A stretch of DNA of 32,000 bases from Candidatus Saccharimonadota bacterium (GCA_002421785.1 DIRZ01000002.1:240001-272000), one strand, 5' to 3'. Shown: positions 14,379 through 23,867, counted from the stretch's first letter. Numbers and translations: made by a program. Notes: generated from the letters alone by a model not told the origin.

Positions 14379-16933
14379 GATTCGTCACTAATGACAGTAA
14401 GTTCGGCTTTAAGGCGCTCAACGAGGGCCTTTTTGCTTGCCAAAAGTTTGCGCGATTCGTCCACAAGCTCAGCTGGCGCGCGGCTTGTGTAGCCTTCGTT
14501 TGACAACCGTCCTTCAAGGACGCCGACTTCTTTGTGGGCATCGGCTAGGCGCTTTTCAAGGTTGTTCTGGTGCTCATAAAGCGTATCGGCATCGAGGTCG
14601 AGCCATGCATCGCGACCACTGCTCGCCAGGCGGAGTCCCCTTGCCTGGTCGGTGTGTTCAATGCTTTTTACTTTCGCGAGCTTCGTGATCAACTCGATAT
14701 TATCAGCGATGAGTGAATCATCCATGTAGAGCATGGTGTACCGCTCGTTGCCTGGGAGTTCGCTCATGACGTAGCGGGCTTCGGTGACGAGGCGCTTAAG
14801 GCGTCCAAATTCAGCCGCGGCAATCTCGTTCATTGGCTTTTGCTCAGGCCAAGCTTCATTGACGAGTAGCGTATCGTGCCAGCTGAGTGATTGCCAGATG
14901 GTTTCGGTCACAAACGGTGCAAACGGATGAGTAAGCTTCAGAACGGTATCGAGCACGTAGGCGCTCATGTTGGTGTGGTTTTCTACCTTACTTACTTCGA
15001 CATACCAGTCGGCAACGTCGTCCCAGACAACGTGATAAATGGTCTCAGCGGCTTCTGCAAAGCGGTATAAGCCCATTTGTTCGTCGATACGCTGGGTTGC
15101 GAGGTTAAGTCGGTGAATAATCCAGTGGTCAGCCAGGCTTTGTGGCTGAGGGTTGGGTACGGGAACCATTTCGTCGATTGCCGATTCGATGAAGCGCGCG
15201 ACGTTCCATAGTTTGTTACAGAAATTTCGACCTGCAACAACCTTACCGACACTAAACGCTTGGCTTTGCGCGGCGCTTCGACTTGCAACAATCCCCAGGC
15301 GGAGCGCGTCGCTTCCGTATTCGGTGACGATATCCATCGGATTGATGACGTTCCCCTTACTTTTGCTCATTTTTTTGTTGTGCTCGTCATTGACCATGCC
15401 ATGCAGGTATACGTGCTTAAACGGTACGCGGTCTGTACGGTAGAGACCGAGCATAATCATACGGCCAACCCATGAATAAAGGATGTCGAAGCCGGTTTCC
15501 ATGACGTCGTTCGGATAGAATTTAGACAAGGGGCCATTCTCGAGCGCATCGGTCGTGATAAATGGCCATTGACCACTACTAAACCACGTATCAAAGGTGT
15601 CCTCTTCCCTGATGTATGTTGTACCATTAACAACAATTTCTTTTTCATCAACACGGTCATCAAATATCCAGTCGCTGGCGTCGTTGACATTCTGAAAAGC
15701 GGGAATCGGAATACCCCAAGGGATTTGGCGACTCAGATTCCAGTCACGAAGCTGGTCAAGGTACTGACAAAGAATTTCACCACGGTTTGCTGGGGTAAAG
15801 GTGATTTCCCCGCCTCGGATAGCCGCCATGGCACGCTCAGCAAGAGGTCGCACCTTTAGGAACCACTGGTCTTTGACAAGTGGTTCGATGACGGTGTCAC
15901 ACTTATAACAGTGCCCTACTGCGTGCTCAATGTCTGTTTCGCCCCTGCGCAACTCTTCCATCTCAAGTGCTGCGAGCACGCGCTTGCGGGCTTCAGTAGG
16001 GCTCAGTCCCAGGAACTGTTGGGGGACGTTAATCATCTTGCCGTCAAAGCCAATGACTTGAATCGGCTCAAGGTTGTGGCGCAAGCTTATTTCAAAGTCG
16101 TTCGGATCGTGGGCAGGGGTAATCTTGACAGCACCTGTACCATATTCCTTGTCAACGTACGTGTCGGCAATAATGGGGATTTCTTTATTTGTGAGAGGCA
16201 AGAGTACTTTTGTGCCAATCAAATCTTTGTATCGCTCGTCGTCAGGGTGGACGGCTACTGCAACATCGCCGAGGAGTGTTTCGGGACGAGTGGTTGCAAC
16301 AACAATCTCCCCTACCCTATCAAGGGTTGGGTAGGCAATCTGGTACAGCTTTGCTTTTTCGGTTTTGTGAGTGACTTCAATGTCCGCAAAGCTGGTTTGA
16401 TGAGTCACGCAGAAGTTCACCATGCGTTCACCGCGGTAAATAAGTTTGTCGTCCCAGAGTTGTTTAAAAGTTGCATAGACGGTTTTGATAACTTTTTCGT
16501 CGAGGGTGAATACGAGGTCATTCCAGCTTGCGCCAATACCGAGTGCACGGAGTTGAAGCTCCATATCGCCGCGTTTTTGGTCGACAAAGTCCCAGACTTG
16601 CCCGTACAGTTGTTCCCGTGAGTAGTCAAACCGAGTTTTGCCTCGTTTCTCCAGTTCACGCTCGTATACAACCCAGGTTTCGAATCCGGCATGGTCTGCT
16701 CCGGGGATAAGTACTGAATCGAAGCCTTTCATGCGGTGGAAACGTACCAATATGTCTTCGAGGCCAAACGACAATGCATGGCCCACGTGCAAGTTACCAT
16801 TCGCGTTTGGCGGCGGCATGACGATGCTGTACGGCGTTCCCCTGCCCTTCGGCGCAAAGGCATTCGCCTGTTCCCATAGCGCATATATGTTTGGTTCGTA
16901 ATCGTTTGGTGTGTAGGCTTTGGCTAAGTTCAT
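14375..16933 (-). CDS. valS: Valine--tRNA ligase
   Basis: HIGH motif (PPPNANGNLHVGHAL), KMSKS motif (KMSKSKGN), C-terminal coiled coil. Start trimmed to ATG 16933, with GAGG 5 nt upstream. Confidence 0.95.
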   Translation of the reverse strand: MNLAKAYTPNDYEPNIYALWEQANAFAPKGRGTPYSIVMPPPNANGNLHVGHALSFGLEDILVRFHRMKGFDSVLIPGADHAGFETWVVYERELEKRGKTRFDYSREQLYGQVWDFVDQKRGDMELQLRALGIGASWNDLVFTLDEKVIKTVYATFKQLWDDKLIYRGERMVNFCVTHQTSFADIEVTHKTEKAKLYQIAYPTLDRVGEIVVATTRPETLLGDVAVAVHPDDERYKDLIGTKVLLPLTNKEIPIIADTYVDKEYGTGAVKITPAHDPNDFEISLRHNLEPIQVIGFDGKMINVPQQFLGLSPTEARKRVLAALEMEELRRGETDIEHAVGHCYKCDTVIEPLVKDQWFLKVRPLAERAMAAIRGGEITFTPANRGEILCQYLDQLRDWNLSRQIPWGIPIPAFQNVNDASDWIFDDRVDEKEIVVNGTTYIREEDTFDTWFSSGQWPFITTDALENGPLSKFYPNDVMETGFDILYSWVGRMIMLGLYRTDRVPFKHVYLHGMVNDEHNKKMSKSKGNVINPMDIVTEYGSDALRLGIVASRSAAQSQAFSVGKVVAGRNFCNKLWNVARFIESAIDEMVPVPNPQPQSLADHWIIHRLNLATQRIDEQMGLYRFAEAAETIYHVVWDDVADWYVEVSKVENHTNMSAYVLDTVLKLTHPFAPFVTETIWQSLSWHDTLLVNEAWPEQKPMNEIAAAEFGRLKRLVTEARYVMSELPGNERYTMLYMDDSLIADNIELITKLAKVKSIEHTDQARGLRLASSGRDAWLDLDADTLYEHQNNLEKRLADAHKEVGVLEGRLSNEGYTSRAPAELVDESRKLLASKKALVERLKAELTVISDES

Positions 16934-17113
16934 GCGACCTCTATAATTATAGCTTCGTATTTCACGCGAAAACATGCAACAACAATATATCGGTAAATGT
17001 TTTCACATGAAAACTTTTACTCAAGTAGTTATTGTATATTATACATTATCCCGCGTGTTTATGTTCACTCATAGTATACCACAATGAACAAATACAGCGG
17101 TTAGTAACAGGGG

Positions 17114-18193
17114 TCAGTTAGCCGCCCACTGAGTTTTTGACATAGAGATGCTGGGAAGTACCTCAAGTGAATAGGGGTCGACTGGTTCTGTCTTTGTTGC
17201 TTTGTAATAACCAAGCGTTGCAATCATTGCCGCGTTGTCGGTACACAAGCTCATCGGCGCGTAGGTGATAGGGAGGGGGAGACGTGTGGCAAGCTGACGG
17301 CGTAATTCCTGATTGGCGGCCACGCCCCCTGCAATCACGACAGAGGCGGGGGTGAAGTCCTTCACAGCCATTAGTGTTTTGTCGACCAACGTTTCCACGG
17401 CAATGTGTTGGAAGCTAGCGGCGAAATCATTGCGCTGTGAGGCCGTGAGAAGCTCCGAGAGCTCGTGTGAGGGGAAAGTGAAGTCTTTGCCCACTTCGCG
17501 CTGTGCGGCCCGCAGAACGGCTGTTTTAAGGCCAGAGAAGCTAAAGTCATAAGGATTTTGCAAACGCGCCTTTGGCAATGTGTATTTTGTAGCATCGCCG
17601 TCTTTTGCGGCAGCGGCAACAGATGGGCCACCAGGGTAGGGGAGGCCAAGGATTTTTGCGACTTTATCGAACGCCTCACCAACGGCATCGTCCTGCGTTT
17701 GGCCGAGTAGGTCGTAACGGCCATGGTCATGAAATAGTACAAGCTGGGAGTGGCCACCACTCACAATCAGTGCAAGCATAGGAAAGGCTGGTTGCTGAGC
17801 GGGTAGCTCGAGGAGAAGGGTTGTTTCGGTAATAAAATTGGCATACACGTGTGCTTCGACATGTTGAATGGCGAACAGTGGTTTGCGCTTTTGGATGGCA
17901 AGCGTGCGTGCGGCAAGCGTGCCGATGAGTAGCGAGCCGATAAGACCAGGCGCATAGGTGACGGCAATGGCATCGATGTCGTCCCAGGTGCAGTGGGCGT
18001 CGGCAAGCGCCTTGCTAATAACCGGATTAATGACCTCGATATGACTTCGAGCGGCGATTTCGGGAATCACACCACCGTATTCGGCGTGGATATCAATCTG
18101 GGAATGCACGCAGTTACTGAGCAATCGAAACCCGTCCTCTACAACTGCAGCGGCCGTTTCATCACAACTACTCTCGATTCCCAGAATTTTCAC
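17114..18193 (-). CDS. tsaD: tRNA N6-adenosine threonylcarbamoyltransferase TsaD
   Basis: MKILGIESSCDETAAAVV, the HxxxH metal site (QHVEAHV), GGVAAN. The GTG start lies 7 nt after TGC-TATACT (18209-18201), suggesting a leaderless transcript. Confidence 0.9.
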   Translation of the reverse strand: MKILGIESSCDETAAAVVEDGFRLLSNCVHSQIDIHAEYGGVIPEIAARSHIEVINPVISKALADAHCTWDDIDAIAVTYAPGLIGSLLIGTLAARTLAIQKRKPLFAIQHVEAHVYANFITETTLLLELPAQQPAFPMLALIVSGGHSQLVLFHDHGRYDLLGQTQDDAVGEAFDKVAKILGLPYPGGPSVAAAAKDGDATKYTLPKARLQNPYDFSFSGLKTAVLRAAQREVGKDFTFPSHELSELLTASQRNDFAASFQHIAVETLVDKTLMAVKDFTPASVVIAGGVAANQELRRQLATRLPLPITYAPMSLCTDNAAMIATLGYYKATKTEPVDPYSLEVLPSISMSKTQWAAN

Positions 18194-18298
18194 TCCCTGT
18201 AGTATAGCAGGTAACTGGGGTGATGACTAGGAACAGGCGCAGCATTTAAAGATGATTAGTGGTAAAATGAAGGCAAGATAAACGAGAGGGAGAGAGCG

Positions 18299-19357
18299 GT
18301 GAAAAGCGGATCAGAAAAAGCTGCACGGTTACGAAGCAAAATCGCATCGCTTCGTTACGGTCGCGGATCGCAATCGGCGAAAATTATTGCCGTGACGGGC
18401 GCGCACGGTAAGTCAACCGTCGTGAAACTGATTGCCGAACTGCTACGTGAGGGTGGGCTAAAGGTGGTTGAAATGGTGGCCGCTTCCGACGCCGACCATA
18501 GTTTCGAGACTGATCCATTTTTACTACACCGTCGGCTTGTCGATGCTTCGCGTCAGAACTATGATTATGTTGTTTTGGAAGTACACGCCGCTTTGGTTAA
18601 AAGTCATGCGATTCCTACACTTGCTATCGACACCCTGGTCGCAACCGGAGACTCCCCGGAACTTACCGCGTTTAGCGCCGTCCCCGTGCGCCGCGCAGTG
18701 CTGCCCTGTGGACTCCAGCCACCTGCTGGCGTGGAACATCACAATCTGATGACCTACGGAACGCACGAAGACGCTGATATGAAAATTGTGGCGAAACAGC
18801 TGTACCGCAAAGGCACAGAGGTCTCACTTGTCATTGATCAGCACACAGAACTTGACGTCGCATCATACCTTGTCGGTGAAGCGAACGCCCTCAATGTTGC
18901 AACGGCTCTGGCTACCGCCTATGTGATTGGCGTCGATATCGCGAAATTCGCCGAAGGGCTGGCACGAGTCGAGCGTGTAATGGGGAACTATGACTATTTG
19001 GCAACGGGCGCGCCGTACGCGATCGCAATCGATAGGGGTGGTGCTGTGGACGCACTGCCCGCTTTACTTGAGTCTGCACGGCAACTCGCCAAACGGCGCT
19101 TGATTGTGGCGCTGGATATGCCACTAGGCCATGACGAACTGAAGCAGCTCTACAAACAAGTCGACCGCCTCATCGCAGTGGCTGACACTACGCCAGTTGA
19201 AATCGACAAAGCGACCGATCACGAAGAAGCCGCATTTGTGGCGGTGCGCGGCGCGAAACGAGACGATTTGGTGCTGCTCGTGGGGCCGCGATACGCGCGG
19301 TATAACGACCAGGGGCGACCTGACATAGAAAGTACGATTGGAGTTTGGCATGAGTAG
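18299..19357 (+). CDS. Mur ligase family paralog, apparently degenerate (P-loop retained, other catalytic motifs lost)
   Basis: 352 aa. VTGAHGKST P-loop. Collinear with the downstream MurE-like protein, but the TSHA, DYHG, DxAHTPD and GxxGxRD equivalents read EVHAA, absent, DRGGAVD and DMPLGHD. Confidence 0.55.
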   Translation: MKSGSEKAARLRSKIASLRYGRGSQSAKIIAVTGAHGKSTVVKLIAELLREGGLKVVEMVAASDADHSFETDPFLLHRRLVDASRQNYDYVVLEVHAALVKSHAIPTLAIDTLVATGDSPELTAFSAVPVRRAVLPCGLQPPAGVEHHNLMTYGTHEDADMKIVAKQLYRKGTEVSLVIDQHTELDVASYLVGEANALNVATALATAYVIGVDIAKFAEGLARVERVMGNYDYLATGAPYAIAIDRGGAVDALPALLESARQLAKRRLIVALDMPLGHDELKQLYKQVDRLIAVADTTPVEIDKATDHEEAAFVAVRGAKRDDLVLLVGPRYARYNDQGRPDIESTIGVWHE

Positions 19358-20651
19358 TATCAAGGCAAAAATAAAAGGAATGATTCCCCAGGGTGTTTAC
19401 CGGGTACTCGAGCCTGAATATCACCGAATTATCGCCATCGCCGCCAATATTCGGTACGGGTTTCCAGCCCGTGATATGCATGTGATTGGTGTGACGGGCA
19501 CTAATGGCAAAACGACCACTAGCTGTATGATCCACCGTATGCTCACAGATGCTGGATACAAAACGGCACTCATGACAACCGTCAGCTATGGTGTCGGTAA
19601 CGACATTACGCCACAGCAACTCCATATGACGACCGCCTCGGCGCCGCTCTTACAACGACGTATCGCCGAGTTTAAAAAAGCAGGCGTAGAATGGCTGGTG
19701 CTCGAAACCACCAGCCACGCACTAGCGCAGCATCGAACGCTGGGAGTGCCCTACGAAATTGGTGTCATGACCAATGTAACCCACGAACACCTGGACTACC
19801 ATGGTACATTTGAACATTACTTGCGCTCGAAACTCCGTTTATTCCAGGTAGCCGCCCGTCATGGACGAGCGTTTGGGGTGTACAACGCTGATGACGATTC
19901 AGCAGAGCGGTGGCGTCATGCTGTTCCGCGCTCACTTGCCTACGGGGTGAGGAACGGAGAACTGATTGCCACCAATATTCAGATGACCGCCCAGCAAAGT
20001 ACGTACGATGTGCAATACCGCGAGGTGCAGTATCATATTACTTGCCAGATCCCCGGTGAATTTAACGTTTACAACAGCTTGGCTGCAGTGGCGGTAGGAA
20101 TCGAACTCGGGCTGAGTAAAGAACAGATAGAGAAGGGGATTGCCGCACTCGAAAGCGTCGAAGGCCGCATGAATACCATTGATGCCGGCCAGCCCTATGC
20201 TGCGGTGATTGATTTTGCTCATACCCCCGATTCATTTGAACGTTTGTTGTCAGATTTACGACAATCTACCAAAGGCAAACTTGTGGTCATGTTTGGGTCT
20301 GCGGGCAGGCGTGACGAAACCAAGCGTGCCATCCAGGGGCAAATTGCTGGTAAGTACGCTGACGAAGTCGTGTTGACCGAAGAAGATGATCGTGATGTTG
20401 ATGGCAACGAAATCCTCGCGCAAATCGCCGAAGGAGTCAAGCAGAGCGGGAAGGTAAAAGACCAGAACTTATTTTTGGTGCTAGATCGCCCGAGCGCCAT
20501 TCAATTTGCCGTATCCCGCGTGTCTGCTGCTGATGACGCGGTGATCTTCCTTGGTAAGGGTCATGAGAAGGTAATTGAACGAGCTGACGGTGAGCACCCC
20601 TGGGATGAAGCCCAGCAGGTTCGCGACGCGATTACTCGAGCGTCAGCGTAG
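19350..20651 (+). CDS. Mur ligase family protein (MurE-like; short N-terminus)
   Basis: VTGTNGKTTT, ETTSHAL, NVTHEHLDYHGTFEHY, IDFAHTPDSFERLL, FGSAGRRDETKR. ATG 19350 lies 7 nt after GGAG and overlaps the upstream stop by 8 nt. The position of the DNPR motif reads EEDDRD. Confidence 0.75.
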   Translation: MSSIKAKIKGMIPQGVYRVLEPEYHRIIAIAANIRYGFPARDMHVIGVTGTNGKTTTSCMIHRMLTDAGYKTALMTTVSYGVGNDITPQQLHMTTASAPLLQRRIAEFKKAGVEWLVLETTSHALAQHRTLGVPYEIGVMTNVTHEHLDYHGTFEHYLRSKLRLFQVAARHGRAFGVYNADDDSAERWRHAVPRSLAYGVRNGELIATNIQMTAQQSTYDVQYREVQYHITCQIPGEFNVYNSLAAVAVGIELGLSKEQIEKGIAALESVEGRMNTIDAGQPYAAVIDFAHTPDSFERLLSDLRQSTKGKLVVMFGSAGRRDETKRAIQGQIAGKYADEVVLTEEDDRDVDGNEILAQIAEGVKQSGKVKDQNLFLVLDRPSAIQFAVSRVSAADDAVIFLGKGHEKVIERADGEHPWDEAQQVRDAITRASA

Positions 20652-21501
20652 TACAGCGGATATAGCCACCGCCCTTCACGAGCTCTTTAATCTCAGGATG
20701 CAAGAGGGTAAGGCCGCGGGCTGTTAACTCGGCGGATAACTCGGGCGCGTGGGCGCTCATAACGACTGTTGAGCCCGTCGAAACCAGGTTGCACGCAAAG
20801 GCTTCTTTGGCTTCGTGTTCGCTGACGATGATTTTATCGACTTCGTCTAGCTCTGCTAGAATTTGCTGGCTTTCATCGGTAAATGCCTCGGGACAGTATG
20901 CAATCAGACCCTTCTGGCCGTTTTCTGGGGCTTTGATAATACTTAGTGCCAGGTCGATATCATAGTAAAAACTGTCAGGCCAGCCAGATGATGCATTTGT
21001 GACGGGCTGCCCATGGATATCCAGCTGTGGTTTCGCTTGGAGCTGTATGCGGCGATACTCTAATATATCCGCCGCCATTGTCTGCGCCTCCACATCACTG
21101 CGGTAGTTACTTCCGCAGAACAGTAGGTCGCCACACGGCAAGGCATCGCCCTGACCACTAAAGCGAAGGTGGGGCGGCAGCTCGAAAACCTCGATACCCA
21201 GTGCTTCGAGCGCCTGTTTGGCATGAGGCTGTTCGCTTTCACGGGCTGTGGGCAGATGAGCGAGCACAGCCTTGTTGCCACGTACGAGTGCCCAGTTGGC
21301 GGTATACACGCCGTCCTGGCTAGTAGCAGGCGAGGGCACGCCTATGACGGTAACGCCCGCTTGCTGCAGTAGCTCTCGAATGTGGGTATGTTCGGCTTGT
21401 GCCTGTGAAAGGTCAATTGACTCCTGGTGATAGTATGGGTTTATTGGCTGCTCATTGCTAAAGTGCAGGGCATCAGACATGAGGACTTTTGAATTTAACA
21501 T
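20632..21501 (-). CDS. Guanidino-group modifying enzyme superfamily protein (amidinotransferase / DDAH / CtlX-like)
   Basis: 289 aa. FYYDIDLAL (the hLDt-like motif) and C-terminal GGGYIRCTT containing the catalytic Cys. AAAGG precedes the ATG. Confidence 0.6.
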   Translation of the reverse strand: MLNSKVLMSDALHFSNEQPINPYYHQESIDLSQAQAEHTHIRELLQQAGVTVIGVPSPATSQDGVYTANWALVRGNKAVLAHLPTARESEQPHAKQALEALGIEVFELPPHLRFSGQGDALPCGDLLFCGSNYRSDVEAQTMAADILEYRRIQLQAKPQLDIHGQPVTNASSGWPDSFYYDIDLALSIIKAPENGQKGLIAYCPEAFTDESQQILAELDEVDKIIVSEHEAKEAFACNLVSTGSTVVMSAHAPELSAELTARGLTLLHPEIKELVKGGGYIRCTTLTLE

Positions 21502-21517
21502 AGGAACCTTTCAGGGG

Positions 21518-22549
21518 TTAATAGTAGGATTCGTGATGCTTAGTAAACCAGAGTCGGCGAACGACTTTTTCGGCAAATTTCATCCAGAAACGTGACTTCC
21601 AGCCGACGATTGGCACCTCAAGCGCACCGACGTAATCGGTCACTGTTTTATTGAAGCTCGTTTTGAAACGACCCAGGCCATAGAACCGGTGGTTCGGGTT
21701 GGTGATTTCGGCAGCAGACGGTGTTCCGCATAAATCGTGCGCCACACTGCCCTTACTTTTTGCCCACTCGATGACGCGCCATTGTAAGTAGTGGCTTGCG
21801 CCGTATGTCACTTTGTCGCGGATACTCGCGCCGTCTTTGTAGGTGCTTTTATCGCTATAAATTAACGCGTAGGCACCAGCAACGAGCTTGCCCTCAAAGT
21901 AGGCGAAGAATAACTGTCCTTGCCCAGCTTCGCTGTAGCGGCGATAAAAGTTTCGGTAGTAGCCGGGGTTGCGGATGGCGAATCCCGCACCCTGCGAGGT
22001 TTCGACAAATAGCTGGTACATTTTTTCGCAGTTTTCAGGGGTGCTGTCTACTAGCTCTACCGTCACGCCATCGCGCTCCGCACGTTTAATCGCATGGCGG
22101 CCCTTTTGTGGCAGGCCTTTCATGACGGCTTCGAGGTCAGGGCGTAAATCGACAACAACCGTCGAACAGTTGTACTGAATAGGGCGGGTTTGGATAATTG
22201 GCAGGGTACTAAGGTCGGTACCAAGCGGCAATTCCGGCTCGATTTTAATGGTGAATACTCCTTGCTTCTTAGCAAAAGGAATCAGTTCATCGAGCACTGC
22301 CTGTAACTGCTCAGTCGTAGCAACGCCAGGACCCTTGGGAATATACCAGATGAGGCCGAGGAGAGGAATGTGCTTCTCCATGGCGACCATCGCCGCAGTA
22401 TCGCACACGATATGGCGTACTTGCCATCCACTTGCTCGTTTTAAATCGGTAAATATAATACCCTGCAAGACGTTGCCGCCATCAGGGTTCTGGGGGACAA
22501 TAGTGTCCCACTGGGTAATTTCGTCAGGAGTGGCAAATCGTATATTCAT
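21518..22549 (-). CDS. FemAB/MurM family peptidoglycan interpeptide-bridge aminoacyltransferase
   Basis: Approx 343 aa. YIPKGP, KGRHAIKRAERDGV, FAYFEGKLVAGAYALIY, GASHYLQWRVIEWAKSKG. The ATG at 22549 lies 8 nt after TGC-TACAAT (22566-22558). Confidence 0.7.
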   Translation of the reverse strand: MNIRFATPDEITQWDTIVPQNPDGGNVLQGIIFTDLKRASGWQVRHIVCDTAAMVAMEKHIPLLGLIWYIPKGPGVATTEQLQAVLDELIPFAKKQGVFTIKIEPELPLGTDLSTLPIIQTRPIQYNCSTVVVDLRPDLEAVMKGLPQKGRHAIKRAERDGVTVELVDSTPENCEKMYQLFVETSQGAGFAIRNPGYYRNFYRRYSEAGQGQLFFAYFEGKLVAGAYALIYSDKSTYKDGASIRDKVTYGASHYLQWRVIEWAKSKGSVAHDLCGTPSAAEITNPNHRFYGLGRFKTSFNKTVTDYVGALEVPIVGWKSRFWMKFAEKVVRRLWFTKHHESYY

Positions 22550-22574
22550 CACTCCCTATTGTAGCAAAGTCCCG

Positions 22575-22627
22575 AAAAGGTGAAGCGCCCACCCCGATAG
22601 CACATGAGCTTGGATCGGGGCGGGCGC
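22575..22627 (-). terminator. Terminator of the basic mini-protein cassette
   Basis: 14-bp GC-rich stem (22585-22598 / 22614-22627, one G-U pair on the minus strand) followed by cttcacctttt. Confidence 0.55.
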
Positions 22628-22646
22628 GGATTGAGGGAGAGGAGTG

Positions 22647-22850
22647 TCAGGAGCCGGAGTCGGCGATGGCGTTGCGCTTCTGCGCTGCCTTCGTTCGGGT
22701 TTCGCGGCTCTTGCCGTCGTGGGCGCTTGCGGCGCTCGAGCGACGGAGCTCGGACATGGCCTTGGCCATCTCCGGGTTGGATGTGCGGTGGGGGTTGGCG
22801 TCATGACGACGCTTTGCCCTGCGCTCCTTCGCGGCGTGGGTTTTGGCCAT
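22647..22850 (-). CDS. Highly basic 67-aa protein, unknown function (GC-rich cassette)
   Basis: MAKTHAAKERRAKRRHDANPHRTSNPEMAKAMSELRR.... AAGGAG lies 9 nt upstream of ATG 22850 and the gene has its own terminator. A hand count gives 42/60 G+C for 22681-22740. Confidence 0.5.
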   Translation of the reverse strand: MAKTHAAKERRAKRRHDANPHRTSNPEMAKAMSELRRSSAASAHDGKSRETRTKAAQKRNAIADSGS

Positions 22851-22949
22851 GAGATTACTCTCCTTCGTTTGTCGGGCAACCGCCCGAATGTGGGCGATTG
22901 TCCTATGTAGTATCATAGCACTTATGGTATAAAAAGTCAATAGCCAGGA

Positions 22950-23867
22950 CTAGGCTGCAAGAGGCATAGCCGCCTGTTGTTCCTCAAGATATGCCAAGTG
23001 TTCGTTGCGTGCTGCGCGGAGCTTTTCGAGCAGGCTAGGCGCAAGTGTACGTGCTTTGTCCGGAGAAACCCGAAAGGCGCCGCCAAGCTCTCGTGTGTGA
23101 ATACCCGTAGCAATGATTGAGTTTGGCTTCCGGCTCTTTTTACGTGCGTGCTGCGCGGTACGCTCTGATGCTTTGATGTCGATAGGGAAGGTAACGCCGT
23201 CAAGGGTTACGAACATATCCACACCCTTTACCTCATCTTGAATCGTGACATTGGTATTGACGCTAATGTCGATCGGGTTGCCGTCCTCGTCGGTCAGTTC
23301 ACCAATCGCGGTGATGATTTGACTAGCGATGACTTCGTGCTGCATACCACGAACGCATTGGTCGATGTGTTGTTTAAACCAGGCCTGCTCACTGTGCCAG
23401 CCGTCTTTGTCGTCGCCCCAGCGGTCTGAGTTCATGACGCCGTACATATCAGTGATGACCACAACCAGATTTTCGGCATCCAGGTTTTCGTCGGCTTCGA
23501 GCAGTGCTTTCAGGCTATGATTGAACCGGATAACATGGTGTTTTGCTGCGTGGAATTCACCTGATTGTGGCGGCGTATCGCGGAAGTGTTGGCGCATGCC
23601 TTCGAGCCCTTCTACGTACTGGGGCAGGGTGCCAATCATACGATCAACGCGAGCTTCGGGGGTGGTAGCGAGTTTTTTGGCGTCGTATCGTCGCTCGTCT
23701 TTTACCTTAGGGAACATGCCGGCACGGACGAAGGCGGTGCGAGCAAGTGCGCGCGCGAAGGGGTAAACTTTTTTCGCCTCACCAAATTCGGGCGTCGCGG
23801 CAATACCACTCAGCAGCTCGGCGGCGCTGAGCTGATGTTTGGTGGTGGTTGGGGATTGCTCGAACAT
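22950..23867 (-). CDS. Hypothetical protein with possible C-terminal PD-(D/E)xK nuclease-like motif
   Basis: Trimmed to ATG 23867 (305 aa) because the promoter at 23901-23929 lies inside the longer track ORF. Candidate motif: HEVIAS ... GVDMFVTLDGVTFPIDIKAS. Confidence 0.5.
   Translation of the reverse strand: MFEQSPTTTKHQLSAAELLSGIAATPEFGEAKKVYPFARALARTAFVRAGMFPKVKDERRYDAKKLATTPEARVDRMIGTLPQYVEGLEGMRQHFRDTPPQSGEFHAAKHHVIRFNHSLKALLEADENLDAENLVVVITDMYGVMNSDRWGDDKDGWHSEQAWFKQHIDQCVRGMQHEVIASQIITAIGELTDEDGNPIDISVNTNVTIQDEVKGVDMFVTLDGVTFPIDIKASERTAQHARKKSRKPNSIIATGIHTRELGGAFRVSPDKARTLAPSLLEKLRAARNEHLAYLEEQQAAMPLAA

Noticed and set aside
14437-16901. Plus-strand and alternative-frame ORFs inside valS (for example 15911..16621, 236 aa)
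   Set aside because: They are antisense or off-frame to a CDS with unambiguous HIGH and KMSKS motifs.
16934-17113. Possible T-box or other leader upstream of valS (180-nt AT-rich spacer with the hairpin gttttcatgtgaaaac)
   Set aside because: There is no T-box consensus (no GGTGGTACCGCG-like antiterminator sequence) and no specifier-loop architecture. The region looks like stacked -10-like AT-rich promoter sequence. I cannot exclude some other attenuator.
22556-22940. Alternative ORFs in the GC-rich cassette (22556..22879 minus, 22604..22852 plus, 22644..22910 plus), and the 97-aa extended version of the basic protein
   Set aside because: Only the 67-codon frame has an RBS-ATG and ends before the terminator. 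The 97-aa version adds an AT-rich, hydrophobic N-terminal extension upstream of the RBS.
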